From the IMG/VR virus record IMGVR_UViG_3300044799_000708: a stretch of DNA of 64,000 bases. One strand, written 5' to 3'. This stretch comes from a virus (lineage: Duplodnaviria > Heunggongvirae > Uroviricota > Caudoviricetes). A program made the position numbers and the translations under genes. How positions within the stretch are numbered: the stretch's first letter is position 1; each line of letters begins with the position of its first letter. The notes beneath the pieces are model-generated. The model did no database searches and was not told where the DNA came from. It worked only from the letters and a program-made list of their open reading frames with translations. Positions 37,080 to 46,452 of the stretch are shown in pieces.

Positions 37080-38169
37080 TAGTTCTGGGCATAATCACAG
37101 ATGCCCCTGAACTTGACATTTCGCCAAGTCCTCGTTTGGCTATGTTTATAGCCCCATTCCTGTCTGCATTGTCCTCGTATCCGCATTTGCATTTGAATAA
37201 TCCTTTATTCCTCTTTCCTGTTTGACCACATTTTGAACAAGTCTTTGATGTATATGCCTCGTTTACCTTTATGACATGTATGCCCTCCCAATTCGCCTTG
37301 TATTCGATATAATTTGATAACTCGGCAAAAGGCATCGTATTGAGTCTGCGATTGAATTTCCTTCCTTTATCACTATTTTTCGTTATTCCTTTTAAGTTTC
37401 CGATTGCAATCACTGAATTGGTCTCTTTTGCCTTATTCACTATTTTTCGGCTAATTTTGTGTAGCTGGTCTTTCACTTTGCGTTTTTCCGTGTTTCCTAT
37501 CCTTTTGATTGTCTTGTTTGCTTTCTTCTCTCCCAATTTCTTCCGCAGATGGAAATAGTGTCCTCTTATTTGTCGAATCTCCCTGCCATAGTATCTGGTC
37601 ATGCCATCGGATAATTGCACCACAGATGCGATTCTCCTGATGCCCAAGTCTATGCCAAGAACATCTTTGTATTCGGTTATCATTTTGATTTCCTTTTCTA
37701 TGGTTATGTGTGCATACCATTCATTGTTTCTTTTTACTATCTTGCTATCACAGAATGTGAAATCCTTCATTTTGTTTTCATAATGTTTGGGTATGTTAAC
37801 TGCGACCCAGAATTGTCTCCTTTGTTTTGTCGGGACTTTGAGCCAGTATTTGAATTTCTTTGTGGGTTGTTTCTCCAATCTTGATACATCATTGCGTAAA
37901 TATAATGGTTGCTCGGTAAGGTTTCTGAATGGTTCTGTTATCATTCGGATAGCCGATGTGACCTGCTGACAATATGTGCTTCCATTCTTGAACCAAGAAT
38001 ATTGTGGCTCTATGTCGTTATTTCTACACTCCTGAACCTGCTGGCATATATTGTTGAAACTATCATATTCCTGTTGGAGTATGGCTTCCTTTATGTTGGT
38101 TAAGCCGACTACTTTTCCCATTAATGATATTTGCTGGTTGGGCTTGGTTCTATTGATGCAAAAGGTCAT
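37051..38169 (-). CDS. tnpB: TnpB-like RNA-guided endonuclease, second and unrelated copy (372 aa)
   Basis: C-terminal zinc ribbon CSKCGQTGKRNKGLFKCKCGYEDNADRNGAINIAKRG (OrfB_Zn_ribbon + RuvC-III); no TnpA. Confidence 0.8.
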   Translation of the reverse strand: MTFCINRTKPNQQISLMGKVVGLTNIKEAILQQEYDSFNNICQQVQECRNNDIEPQYSWFKNGSTYCQQVTSAIRMITEPFRNLTEQPLYLRNDVSRLEKQPTKKFKYWLKVPTKQRRQFWVAVNIPKHYENKMKDFTFCDSKIVKRNNEWYAHITIEKEIKMITEYKDVLGIDLGIRRIASVVQLSDGMTRYYGREIRQIRGHYFHLRKKLGEKKANKTIKRIGNTEKRKVKDQLHKISRKIVNKAKETNSVIAIGNLKGITKNSDKGRKFNRRLNTMPFAELSNYIEYKANWEGIHVIKVNEAYTSKTCSKCGQTGKRNKGLFKCKCGYEDNADRNGAINIAKRGLGEMSSSGASVIMPRTIGGNYGKVQ

Positions 38170-38173
38170 ATTA

Positions 38174-38470
38174 TCATCCTGCCTTATTTTCCATTTTTCT
38201 CCTTTCTTTTTCTGCTTCTATCATTATTTTAGCTATTTCCTTTAGTGTCTTTTTGGGAAGACCAGTTCTTTTTTTGATTTCATCAGTGATTTCTATCGTA
38301 TATGGTTTTTTGATTTCAAGGAAACAGTTGCCACATATGGGTTTTATACCTTTCTTTCTGCCTATTCCATCAGAAAGAAATACGCTTCCTCCACATTTTA
38401 TGCATTTCTTCTCATATTCATTTTCTAAAAATTGTGCTTCTGGAGAACCGACAACATACATTTTTTTCAA
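38174..38470 (-). CDS. zinc-ribbon protein (98 aa)
   Basis: CIKCGG..x..CGNCF; no HuH motif, so not TnpA. Confidence 0.45.
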   Translation of the reverse strand: MKKMYVVGSPEAQFLENEYEKKCIKCGGSVFLSDGIGRKKGIKPICGNCFLEIKKPYTIEITDEIKKRTGLPKKTLKEIAKIMIEAEKERRKMENKAG

Positions 38471-38796
38471 CTAAACCACCTCTTCGCTTCAGACATTAGT
38501 TGCACCTTTTTCATTAACATATTTGACCACCAGTCGTAGTTAGTTGCAAAATTTGTAAATAACCCCCCAAATTTAGTTGCACAATCAGTGAAAAGCCCTC
38601 CGAAATATCTGTCTGTTTCTTCTGATGCACTACCTCCAGACTTTCTTCTCCTTAATATTCTCAACAAGATTCTGATGGCTATGTAGAGTATGAAAAGTGC
38701 GATTGCCAAAGGCAGAATCCATTTTACATTCAAAAAAAAATAGGTGAATATTAGGAATGAGATTATCGCCCCTGCTATGAATAATTTTCCAATCAT
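38467..38796 (-). CDS. membrane protein (109 aa)
   Basis: Two N-terminal TM helices. Confidence 0.45.
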   Translation of the reverse strand: MIGKLFIAGAIISFLIFTYFFLNVKWILPLAIALFILYIAIRILLRILRRRKSGGSASEETDRYFGGLFTDCATKFGGLFTNFATNYDWWSNMLMKKVQLMSEAKRWFS

Positions 38797-38993
38797 AATG
38801 TTCCCAATATTCTATATGTCCGATTCGCTCTCCTTTCCTTTTCTAATGTCCTTCCGCAAATGGGGCAAATGGTATCTCCCATAGACGAATGGTATTCTAT
38901 GTTGCAGACATGACAATATCCTGCTATCATATTCTCACGGCACTTGTCGTTGTAAGCGTATTCGCTCAATTGAACGGCAGTCGTCTTCATCAT
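38793..38993 (-). CDS. zinc-ribbon protein (66 aa)
   Basis: CHVCN..x..CPICG; MM start. Confidence 0.45.
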   Translation of the reverse strand: MMKTTAVQLSEYAYNDKCRENMIAGYCHVCNIEYHSSMGDTICPICGRTLEKERRANRTYRILGTL

Positions 38994-39477
38994 ACTCGAA
39001 GCTCAAAGTCCCATCCGCATCTGCGAAAGCGCAGTATCTGTAGATTTCGAAATATTTCAGTTTATCCTCGCTTCTGAAGTATTTCATTACCTCGTCTTCA
39101 TCTATACTTTCCACTTCCTTTCCTTCTATTACCATTTTCGCTCTTGGGGTCACAGGAAATATGGTTCTGACATCCTTTTCGATAAGCGCATCTTCAGATT
39201 CGACAGCCCCAGATTCTTTGGCATCATATATGGACTGAAAAAGGGTTTCAGTATAGTTTACAGCCTGTTCCAGACCCTTGTCCAAAGTTTTCAGTTCTAA
39301 TATTGTCGGCTTGTTTGGCAGGAAAATAAAAGCCCTCAATTCGCAGAAAGGTGCTGGTGTTTTGCCCTTTAAGTGATATTGCTCGGCTGAATATTGTCGC
39401 ACAAAACTTACACGAAAAATTGTTTGTTTAACTGCCATTCTCGTTGCCCCCCACCTGCTTTTATTGCAGGTCTTCAT
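38935..39477 (-). CDS. hypothetical protein (180 aa)
   Basis: Minus array ORF. Confidence 0.45.
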   Translation of the reverse strand: MKTCNKSRWGATRMAVKQTIFRVSFVRQYSAEQYHLKGKTPAPFCELRAFIFLPNKPTILELKTLDKGLEQAVNYTETLFQSIYDAKESGAVESEDALIEKDVRTIFPVTPRAKMVIEGKEVESIDEDEVMKYFRSEDKLKYFEIYRYCAFADADGTLSFEYDEDDCRSIERIRLQRQVP

Positions 39478-39817
39478 CCTTTATGTCGATTTTTTTATCT
39501 TTCGTATCGATTTTTTCCATATCCTCTTCGGTGATTTCCGTGTTTGCCTGTTCCTTCATTTTAATTTTTATCTGCGGAACTCTTGCCTTCAATTCTTCTA
39601 TGCCTGCATTCTTAATAAATTCACGCACCCTGTAGACCGCATTCCAGCAGTTGTTTTTTTTGAGTCTTTTTATGGTCTCCAGTATTTTCCGTATTTCATT
39701 CGTGTTCTTCTTCTTCATTATTTCCTTTATCTTTCCATCTATTTCCATGAATGCAATACCGAATTCTTCGAGTGTGAACAATTCGCCCTGTTCTACTTTT
39801 TTGCTTCTTCTGAACAT
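39461..39817 (-). CDS. hypothetical K/E-rich protein (118 aa)
   Basis: Minus array ORF. Confidence 0.45.
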   Translation of the reverse strand: MFRRSKKVEQGELFTLEEFGIAFMEIDGKIKEIMKKKNTNEIRKILETIKRLKKNNCWNAVYRVREFIKNAGIEELKARVPQIKIKMKEQANTEITEEDMEKIDTKDKKIDIKDEDLQ

Positions 39818-40089
39818 ACGTTGTCCTCCTCGTTAATAATTATATCAATTTGCTTAAAAAGAATGGACAATTTCTTGCCCCTGTCGGTAAGTTTCACAAG
39901 ATTTTGCCTTCCGCTCTTTTCTATGGTCAAAAGTCCCATTTTTCCAAAGTCATATATGTTTTTTCGGACTGTGACATATGTCATATTCCATTTATGCGAA
40001 TAGTTTTGTATGTTTCCTTGTTCGGATATGTCCCTGAACATTTTCAACACAGTTCCGAACTGCAGACCATTAATAATGCTTTTTGTCAT
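39793..40089 (-). CDS. winged-helix DNA-binding protein (98 aa)
   Basis: NMTYVTVRKNIYDFGKMGLLTIEKSGRQNLVKLTDRG has HTH + wing pattern. Confidence 0.4.
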   Translation of the reverse strand: MTKSIINGLQFGTVLKMFRDISEQGNIQNYSHKWNMTYVTVRKNIYDFGKMGLLTIEKSGRQNLVKLTDRGKKLSILFKQIDIIINEEDNVCSEEAKK

Positions 40090-40348
40090 ATTTGTCCTCT
40101 TTATCTTTATTCGGTATTAAATTTACGCAGGAAATCATAAATAACAAAAATCCTGCAAGGAATTTATCGAAATCCATCATACTTGAATGACAGTCTTCGC
40201 TTTTTAGGGTATACCCGAAGAATGTCGCAACCGAATCTTTTGTGCAGTCCTTCTGCTTGATTTCGATTGAACTTGCCATTACCAGTAGGCTGAATATTAT
40301 CATAATGGCGAAAAGAACTCCATACCAGAATCTATTTTCTTCAGTCAT
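40070..40348 (-). CDS. membrane protein (92 aa)
   Basis: Two TM helices. Confidence 0.45.
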   Translation of the reverse strand: MTEENRFWYGVLFAIMIIFSLLVMASSIEIKQKDCTKDSVATFFGYTLKSEDCHSSMMDFDKFLAGFLLFMISCVNLIPNKDKEDKYDKKHY

Positions 40349-40554
40349 AGTGCATTCGCAACCTCCTTTGATACCAAATCCTCATAAAATTGCTCTATGT
40401 TGTCCAGCATTCTTTTTATAGCTTTGCGTGACATTTTCGTTTTATTTTGTAGATATGCTATCAGTATTTCTTCATTTACGCCATTCTTTTTCAGGGCTTC
40501 GAAGGTTTCCTTTATTTCCTTCAGCCTTCTTTCCAGCAATGTTACTTTTTCCAT
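40345..40554 (-). CDS. hypothetical small protein (69 aa)
   Basis: Minus array ORF. Confidence 0.45.
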   Translation of the reverse strand: MEKVTLLERRLKEIKETFEALKKNGVNEEILIAYLQNKTKMSRKAIKRMLDNIEQFYEDLVSKEVANAL

Positions 40555-40557
40555 AGT

Positions 40558-40893
40558 CTACCACTTCCAATCAAATACCTTCCATATCAAAAAAATCCCA
40601 AACCAGATTGGAAATGAACTAATCATTAATTTGATTAGAGATTCATAAGGGCTTTCTTGTGGCTGTTCTTGAGTAATATTGGTATCATTTATCTTTATTT
40701 TTGGTTGTTGATTGAGTTCTTCCATAGGCACTATAGGTGCTTCTGACTGTGTTTCTGGTTGTGCATTCATCGAAAAATTATACAATAATATCATTGCCAA
40801 TAGAAAACCTAATGTTAATATTATCATAAATATAATTAGACCTTTGTATTCCTTGAGGTCTTTTACATTTACCTTTGTCTTCAATTTTACCAT
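40558..40893 (-). CDS. membrane protein (111 aa)
   Basis: Two TM helices flanking a Q/E/P-rich loop. Confidence 0.45.
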   Translation of the reverse strand: MVKLKTKVNVKDLKEYKGLIIFMIILTLGFLLAMILLYNFSMNAQPETQSEAPIVPMEELNQQPKIKINDTNITQEQPQESPYESLIKLMISSFPIWFGIFLIWKVFDWKW

Positions 40894-40896
40894 ATT

Positions 40897-41097
40897 TTAT
40901 ATCATTACCTTTTTTTCATATTTCCATATCATGTGGTCGAGAATTATTGAAAAGACAAATAGCGCAAGTGCAAAGTAAAAATTGAAGTTTAACCTGCCTT
41001 CGCTTATGAATATCAGCACAAGGCTTGCACCAAGTAAAAACCTTATTGCAATCCTCGCAAGTATTATCCTTTTCGATTTTTCAAAATAGAAAGGCAT
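40897..41097 (-). CDS. small membrane protein (66 aa)
   Basis: Two TM helices. Confidence 0.4.
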   Translation of the reverse strand: MPFYFEKSKRIILARIAIRFLLGASLVLIFISEGRLNFNFYFALALFVFSIILDHMIWKYEKKVMI

Positions 41098-41242
41098 ATT
41101 CTATCACCTATCACAAAGCCTCTATATACATAACTATGTTAAGTGCCAACATTCCAAGACAAATTGTTGCCACATCTTTCAAAAATTCTACTCTTTTCAT
41201 ATTACCACTCTCCTATGAAAATGCTCTATTCTTTTTTTCATA

Positions 41243-41455
41243 TTAATAGCAATCTGTATCACTATATAAGACCCAACATGCTAAACCGCCTTCAACTAAC
41301 ATTACAATGCCATTCCAGAAAATCAGGTTTTTGATATTACCTATTGGTAAAAAAATAAGTAGTATTGCAATATGGACTTGTATAAGTGCTATTAAAAACC
41401 ATATAACTAATACCATATCCTTTCTTGAAAATCTTTTCTTTTTTTCTTCAGTCAT
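41243..41455 (-). CDS. small membrane protein (70 aa)
   Basis: Two TM helices. Confidence 0.4.
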   Translation of the reverse strand: MTEEKKKRFSRKDMVLVIWFLIALIQVHIAILLIFLPIGNIKNLIFWNGIVMLVEGGLACWVLYSDTDCY

Positions 41456-41462
41456 ATTCTTT

Positions 41463-41717
41463 TTACCTCCCTTCTGTTTTCACATATTTTTTGATGGTTT
41501 TTTTGCTTTCATATATGAACATACAACCGCATATCAGAACTATAAAGCACATCGCACCGACAACCATAGAAATTAGAATTGGAACTACACATGGCTGTAG
41601 GATATTTATTACAAAACCAATACCTATTGAACAAAATATGATAAATATTCCTATTATTATCTCCCACCAGTCATATTCTTCTATTTCTATATATTGTCTT
41701 GCCATGATTTTATCCAA
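41463..41717 (-). CDS. small membrane protein (84 aa)
   Basis: Two TM helices. Confidence 0.4.
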   Translation of the reverse strand: MDKIMARQYIEIEEYDWWEIIIGIFIIFCSIGIGFVINILQPCVVPILISMVVGAMCFIVLICGCMFIYESKKTIKKYVKTEGR

Positions 41718-42657
41718 CCTTTATTTTTTCTAATATCATATTTTCATTATCAAAATCTTCTTCCCATACAACAATACAATTCCAGCCAAATTTAGAATAA
41801 TGTTCCTTTCGTCTTTTTTCATACTCATCTGGGGAACAACTATTCCATATAGGACACATTTTTTTGGGTCTAGTTTCAATACAAATTTTTTCTCCATTGA
41901 TATTTACAAAATCTGGACTCCTGTAACCTATCAGAAATGAACCATTACCAACATATTTATATGGTAAATTATTTTTTTCAATAATTTCTATCATTTTTCT
42001 TTCGAGTGAAGTTGGTCGTTTAAAACGACCTTTTAATGAATTTCTAATAACTTTTTCCCTATATTCAGATTTTGTCCACAACTCCTTTATTTCTTTGCAT
42101 CTTTTTTCTCTAAATTCTGGATTTGACCATCTTTTTTTTATATTTGCAATCATTTTTTCTCTTTGTTTCGGGTCTGCCCATTTTTTTTCTATAATTTTCA
42201 TTCTTTTTGCTCGGTATTCTGGGTCTTTCCATTTTTCTTGCATGGATTTTATTATTTTTTCCTTAAATCTTATGTCTGACCATCGCTCTTTTGTAAATTC
42301 ATTTTTGGAATGTTTTCCAATATTATAATGATGCCCCCCTTTGAATTCTGTCTCTGGGGAATAATGTTTACCAGAATGAAATTTGGATATTTTTTCTTTT
42401 GCCTCTTTACTCATTGTTCTACCTAACATTGGATGCTTTTTTCCTTCCCATTGTTTAATGCCTTTATTCCATATCTTTATTTCACCGTTTTTAAATTTTT
42501 CTTTATAATTTTCTAATTTAGTCCAATGAATTATTTTTCCTTCTGCGTATAATTTTTTTTTCGTTTTACTTCCCCTTTTACCTGATAATTTGAGTCTATT
42601 ATCTATTTCTTTTGTTAAACCTTTATTCCATGCCTTATGTCTTTTTTGGAATCTCAT
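41710..42657 (-). CDS. homing-endonuclease-like protein: NUMOD-type DNA-binding repeats + Vsr/DUF559-like nuclease domain (315 aa)
   Basis: GRTMSKEAKEKISKFHSGKHYSPE (NUMOD3-like G..HS.E.K.KIS) and repeated W(K/A)DPEYR/KQREK modules; C-terminal NNLPYKYVGNGSFLIGYRSPDFVNINGEKICIE is paralogous to 21611..22738. Confidence 0.55.
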   Translation of the reverse strand: MRFQKRHKAWNKGLTKEIDNRLKLSGKRGSKTKKKLYAEGKIIHWTKLENYKEKFKNGEIKIWNKGIKQWEGKKHPMLGRTMSKEAKEKISKFHSGKHYSPETEFKGGHHYNIGKHSKNEFTKERWSDIRFKEKIIKSMQEKWKDPEYRAKRMKIIEKKWADPKQREKMIANIKKRWSNPEFREKRCKEIKELWTKSEYREKVIRNSLKGRFKRPTSLERKMIEIIEKNNLPYKYVGNGSFLIGYRSPDFVNINGEKICIETRPKKMCPIWNSCSPDEYEKRRKEHYSKFGWNCIVVWEEDFDNENMILEKIKVG

Positions 42658-42691
42658 TTATTCACTTTAGATAATGTTAGGGAGAAAAAAA

Positions 42692-43525
42692 TTAACCTCC
42701 CTGTGAAAGATTCAATGGTAATTGAACAAATGGCACTGCATTAGCGTTTCCCGAAAAAAATTGTGGAAGCACGCCATTCCATTTTTGTATTGCCAGCCAT
42801 TTTATGTAATCAGGGCTGTTTCGTAGTTGTGCATTTATTATTTCTATGGATTTCGCCTGACCTTCTGCCTGTGCGATAGCCTGTTGTGCCACTGCTTGAA
42901 TTTCCTTTACCTTATTTTCGGCTTCGAGTGCCTTTTGGACTTGCGTTTGCTTTGATGTTATTGCATTGTTGAAGTCAGGTGGGAACTCGAAATTGGTAAT
43001 GGAAATTGTTTCTACAATTATGCTTCTATTAAGCATCCTTTCTGTCAGTAATGTGTCTATATTCTGCTTTACATTCTCTCTCTTTTGTATCAGTCCTTGT
43101 GCGTCATATTTTGCCGTTACTGATTTTACGACTTCTTGAACCTGCGGTGCAATGACTCTTTCTTGATAGTTTTCGCTCAATTTCTGGTATATTGTATTTA
43201 CATTTGCAGGGTCTATGTGATAGTTGACCGCCACAGTTGTTCTTACATCAAGAAGGTCTAATGATGCTGACTCGCAGGCGACCTCGTATTTTTGTGTTCT
43301 TACTTCCATTGGTCTATAGCTTTCTACGAATGGGGTTATGAAATAAAGACCTTCGTTGAGAATCCTGTCTTCGACAGCACCGAATCGCAATACAACGCCC
43401 CTGTAACCTGCTGGAATTATCGCTATTGTGCTTGCAAGGGTAATTATTATGAACATCAGTAAAATGAACCCTCCTACAAGTCTTGGCAGCGAAAGGTTTC
43501 CTTCTTTGTCAATTAATATTCCCAT
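42692..43525 (-). CDS. SPFH/band-7 (prohibitin/HflC-like) membrane protein (277 aa)
   Basis: N-terminal TM then IPAGYRGVVLRFGAV..ILNEGLYFITPFVESY..MEVRTQKYEV and a long A/Q-rich coiled coil. Confidence 0.8.
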   Translation of the reverse strand: MGILIDKEGNLSLPRLVGGFILLMFIIITLASTIAIIPAGYRGVVLRFGAVEDRILNEGLYFITPFVESYRPMEVRTQKYEVACESASLDLLDVRTTVAVNYHIDPANVNTIYQKLSENYQERVIAPQVQEVVKSVTAKYDAQGLIQKRENVKQNIDTLLTERMLNRSIIVETISITNFEFPPDFNNAITSKQTQVQKALEAENKVKEIQAVAQQAIAQAEGQAKSIEIINAQLRNSPDYIKWLAIQKWNGVLPQFFSGNANAVPFVQLPLNLSQGG

Positions 43526-43529
43526 ATTT

Positions 43530-43733
43530 TTACCTCCCTTTTATATTTTCAGCATTTTTTCGTTTTTCGTATATGAAACTTGCATATAAAAATGAACTCG
43601 CACCTATTATTGGTATAAGTGATACCAGATAAAATAGGTTTCCATTGAGTATGACGTATCTGAAAAAATCCATTGAAAACCATCCTATTGCAAAAGCACC
43701 ACATAGCTGCAAACAAAATAATAATTTACTCAT
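43530..43733 (-). CDS. small membrane protein upstream of SPFH gene (67 aa)
   Basis: Two TM helices; occupies the NfeD-partner position but lacks the OB domain. Confidence 0.4.
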   Translation of the reverse strand: MSKLLFCLQLCGAFAIGWFSMDFFRYVILNGNLFYLVSLIPIIGASSFLYASFIYEKRKNAENIKGR

Positions 43734-44035
43734 TTTATCTCCTCTCTTATAAATCTACCATGAGAATCTCTTGGTTGTTCCTTTCTGCTTGTTTTCTTTT
43801 TAGGAAATCCACCCAAGTCACCAGTAATTTGCATAGTCTGTTCGAAATCCATTTTTCTCTTTCTTTTTGTTGAAAGTTTGTTCTCATATTCCTTATATTC
43901 CGTTTCAAGCCAACTGACCATTCCGATAATAAAAAGTGCTATTGCAAGATATATTAAGGGTCTTCCTGCCCTTTCTATGAAAGCGATTACAAACATTATT
44001 AGGGAGACAAAAATCCAATATTTGAATTCTTTCAT
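43730..44035 (-). CDS. membrane protein (101 aa)
   Basis: Two TM helices and basic tail. Confidence 0.45.
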   Translation of the reverse strand: MKEFKYWIFVSLIMFVIAFIERAGRPLIYLAIALFIIGMVSWLETEYKEYENKLSTKRKRKMDFEQTMQITGDLGGFPKKKTSRKEQPRDSHGRFIREEIK

Positions 44036-44076
44036 TATTGATTATGGAATATTAATCTTTAAATATGTTTATTGTC

Positions 44077-44409
44077 CTATAATTTCTTCTCTTTCACTAT
44101 ATAGAAGTAGTATTTTCCATCACGCTGGTCATAGTCATATCTGAAATAACTTGCGACCCTGACATTTTCTGATTCTTGCGTATAGCAATACATATTGTAT
44201 ACCGTGTCTGATATGTCTTCTACCTTGTATTTCTGGAAGCCGAGATTCGTGCAAAATCTGTCAATGAATATGCCCCTTTCCTTATCGAAATTCTGTTCCT
44301 GCAGTGTCTTTTGATTGAATGGTATGATGACAAAAACATAGAAAAGCCCAAAACATAAGGCTATCACCAGTCCGATTATTACCCAATTATATAGAGTTTC
44401 TCTTTCCAT
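44077..44409 (-). CDS. single-TM protein (110 aa)
   Basis: N-terminal TM helix. Confidence 0.45.
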   Translation of the reverse strand: MERETLYNWVIIGLVIALCFGLFYVFVIIPFNQKTLQEQNFDKERGIFIDRFCTNLGFQKYKVEDISDTVYNMYCYTQESENVRVASYFRYDYDQRDGKYYFYIVKEKKL

Positions 44410-44715
44410 ATCAATCGCATTTTCTTTTTTTGAAATCTTCGCATACTTTGTTTCTTGGCTCGAAATAATGCCTATGTGCGCAGTGGTCTATCTGGATGCA
44501 ATCTTCACATCTTTTCATATTTTATCACCGACAGCCTCTCCAGAATTTATATTTGGGGATGATTGGTGGTTAATAGGGGAAGTGTCTTAAGGGTAGGTTC
44601 TTTTTCTGGGGCTATCGCATGATTATGATTTTTTTAAGGTCTTTCATTTTTGACCTGTGGAAGCACGATGTGCATATGACAGAGCGTTTTTTTGATGTTT
44701 TCTTGCCATTTGTCC

Positions 44716-45087
44716 TTACTTTGATTGGGGCATGGCAGTAGCAGCATTCAAGTCCTCTGATTTGCCTTCCGCACATATTTTTTCTCCCCTTTTCTTTTCA
44801 AACCATTTTTTATATGCTTCCTTCATCTTTGCTCGGAATTCTGGGTCATTTTTATATTTTTCCTTCATCTTTTCATTGTATTCCTTCATCTTGTCTGGAT
44901 GCTTTTCACGCCATATTTTATTGTATTCGACTACCTTTTCCTTATTTTTGTCATAATAGTCTTTCCTCTGTTTTTTAATTTTTTCCTTGTTGTCTTCACG
45001 CCATTTTTTTTGCCATTCCTTGATTTTTATTTGGTTTTCTGGTCTTTTGCGCCATTCAAGGCTTTCTGCAGAATTATCTTTTTCCAT
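44716..45087 (-). CDS. K/E-rich repeat protein with NUMOD-like modules (123 aa)
   Basis: Repeats DYYDKNKEKVVEYNKIW / KYKNDPEFRAKMKEAYKKW resemble the modules of 41710..42657. Confidence 0.45.
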   Translation of the reverse strand: MEKDNSAESLEWRKRPENQIKIKEWQKKWREDNKEKIKKQRKDYYDKNKEKVVEYNKIWREKHPDKMKEYNEKMKEKYKNDPEFRAKMKEAYKKWFEKKRGEKICAEGKSEDLNAATAMPQSK

Positions 45088-45092
45088 TTATT

Positions 45093-45416
45093 TCACCCCT
45101 TTTCCTTTATATTTACATTTAATTCATATAAAAGTTTTTTCCTTAATTCAGGTGAAAGTTTCTTGAAATAGCATTTTGCTGAAGCATAAATGAATTTTTG
45201 AGGGTATTTTTTCATATATTCTTTATTTTTTCTCTGGAAGAACTTTGGGTCTTCTACCATCTTTTTTGCTCGGTATATCTGCCAGTATTCTCTTCCATAC
45301 GCTTTTCTTTTTTCCCTGTATTTTTCATCTGTGTGGTATCGTAAACTCGAATAATGGGAACGGCATAATCCTTTTATCTTCGCTTCCTTTTCACAGCCTT
45401 GTTTTGAGCATTTCAT
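45093..45416 (-). CDS. endonuclease-associated zinc-loop protein (107 aa)
   Basis: MKCSKQGCEKEAKIKGLCRSHYSSL = C-x4-C..GLC-x2-HY signature of the His-Me-finger endonuclease zinc-binding loop. Confidence 0.45.
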   Translation of the reverse strand: MKCSKQGCEKEAKIKGLCRSHYSSLRYHTDEKYREKRKAYGREYWQIYRAKKMVEDPKFFQRKNKEYMKKYPQKFIYASAKCYFKKLSPELRKKLLYELNVNIKEKG

Positions 45417-45694
45417 AAGAGCAACTGCCTTATCCTGTCTTTGGCATCTTCCTTCGTAGCAAATCTTTTTACATCTTCAAATAGATTTCCTTTCAGACAA
45501 TAGATTTCCCACTGAATGGCATTAGTTCCCGAAATATAGTCCTTGAGTTCTATTAGGCTTATCATACCCTTTCTTGACGAAAATATATACTGGTATTTGC
45601 CCAGTCCTAAAGGTCTGTATTTCCATGTATATTTATTTTTCTTTGATATTTCTTCAAGTTTTTTCTTTTCTTCATCTGTAAAATGGAACTTCAT
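45413..45694 (-). CDS. hypothetical protein (93 aa)
   Basis: Minus array ORF. Confidence 0.45.
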   Translation of the reverse strand: MKFHFTDEEKKKLEEISKKNKYTWKYRPLGLGKYQYIFSSRKGMISLIELKDYISGTNAIQWEIYCLKGNLFEDVKRFATKEDAKDRIRQLLL

Positions 45695-46002
45695 TTTTTA
45701 GCCCTCCATTTCATTGCGCTTTGTATTTGATAATGAATTTTTATCAGTTCCTGCCTTTCCTTCTGTTTTCTGCGGACTTTTTTTGGCACAAGCCCGAATC
45801 TTCTTTTATATTCGAGTATTCTTTCAGTGGTATCGAATTCTGTCCGCAGTTGTTTGTTTGTGAAGGTTTTGTGGATGAGTTTGTGGCACTCTTTGCATAC
45901 TGGTATAGTCTTATCGCTATACTTTTTGGTTTTCAGATGATGTTTTTGTATAGCCTCCATTTCTCCACATATTTCACACAACCTTTCTGTTATTATCACC
46001 AA
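45691..46002 (-). CDS. HNH endonuclease (103 aa)
   Basis: CEICG..x..HHL..x..VCKECHKLIH. Confidence 0.7.
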   Translation of the reverse strand: MVIITERLCEICGEMEAIQKHHLKTKKYSDKTIPVCKECHKLIHKTFTNKQLRTEFDTTERILEYKRRFGLVPKKVRRKQKERQELIKIHYQIQSAMKWRAKK

Positions 46003-46037
46003 TTAATCTATGTAAATAAGTTTTAAATGCTTGATTT

Positions 46038-46448
46038 TCATAGTATCCTTCTTACCTTATCGCCAATAACTATAGTTGCCTTCACCCTATGCCCCTTTCT
46101 TTTGAGTTTTTTCAATTCCTTGATGAAGTCCGTTCTTCTTTGTTCATCCTTTGACATAGAGCCGATTCTTCCGATGCGTGGTGGGTCTTTATTGAATATC
46201 TCCCACATACCGTATCCTCTTTCCTTTCGGATAAAAAATGATAGTTCTCCGTTTTTTTTCTTAAGATACCATTTCCTTTTTTCGGCATCTTGGGCTGATT
46301 TCTTTCTGTCTATTTTTGGTTTGGAAAGAAGGCTATAACCGCATTTGGGACAAAAAATAGTCTCCTCATGGTAATTTGTTTGCATTTCATATATCGCATC
46401 TCGGAATTTGCACTGCGGACATTTTATTGGGGACTGCACCGAACCCAT
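46038..46448 (-). CDS. zinc-ribbon protein (136 aa)
   Basis: CPQCK..x..CPKCG. Confidence 0.5.
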   Translation of the reverse strand: MGSVQSPIKCPQCKFRDAIYEMQTNYHEETIFCPKCGYSLLSKPKIDRKKSAQDAEKRKWYLKKKNGELSFFIRKERGYGMWEIFNKDPPRIGRIGSMSKDEQRRTDFIKELKKLKRKGHRVKATIVIGDKVRRIL

Positions 46449-46452
46449 TTTT

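Noticed and set aside
38174-38470. 98-aa ORF upstream of TnpB2 as a possible TnpA (Y1 transposase)
   Set aside because: It lacks the HuH (H-x-H) and catalytic Tyr motifs; it is a CxxC zinc-ribbon protein instead.
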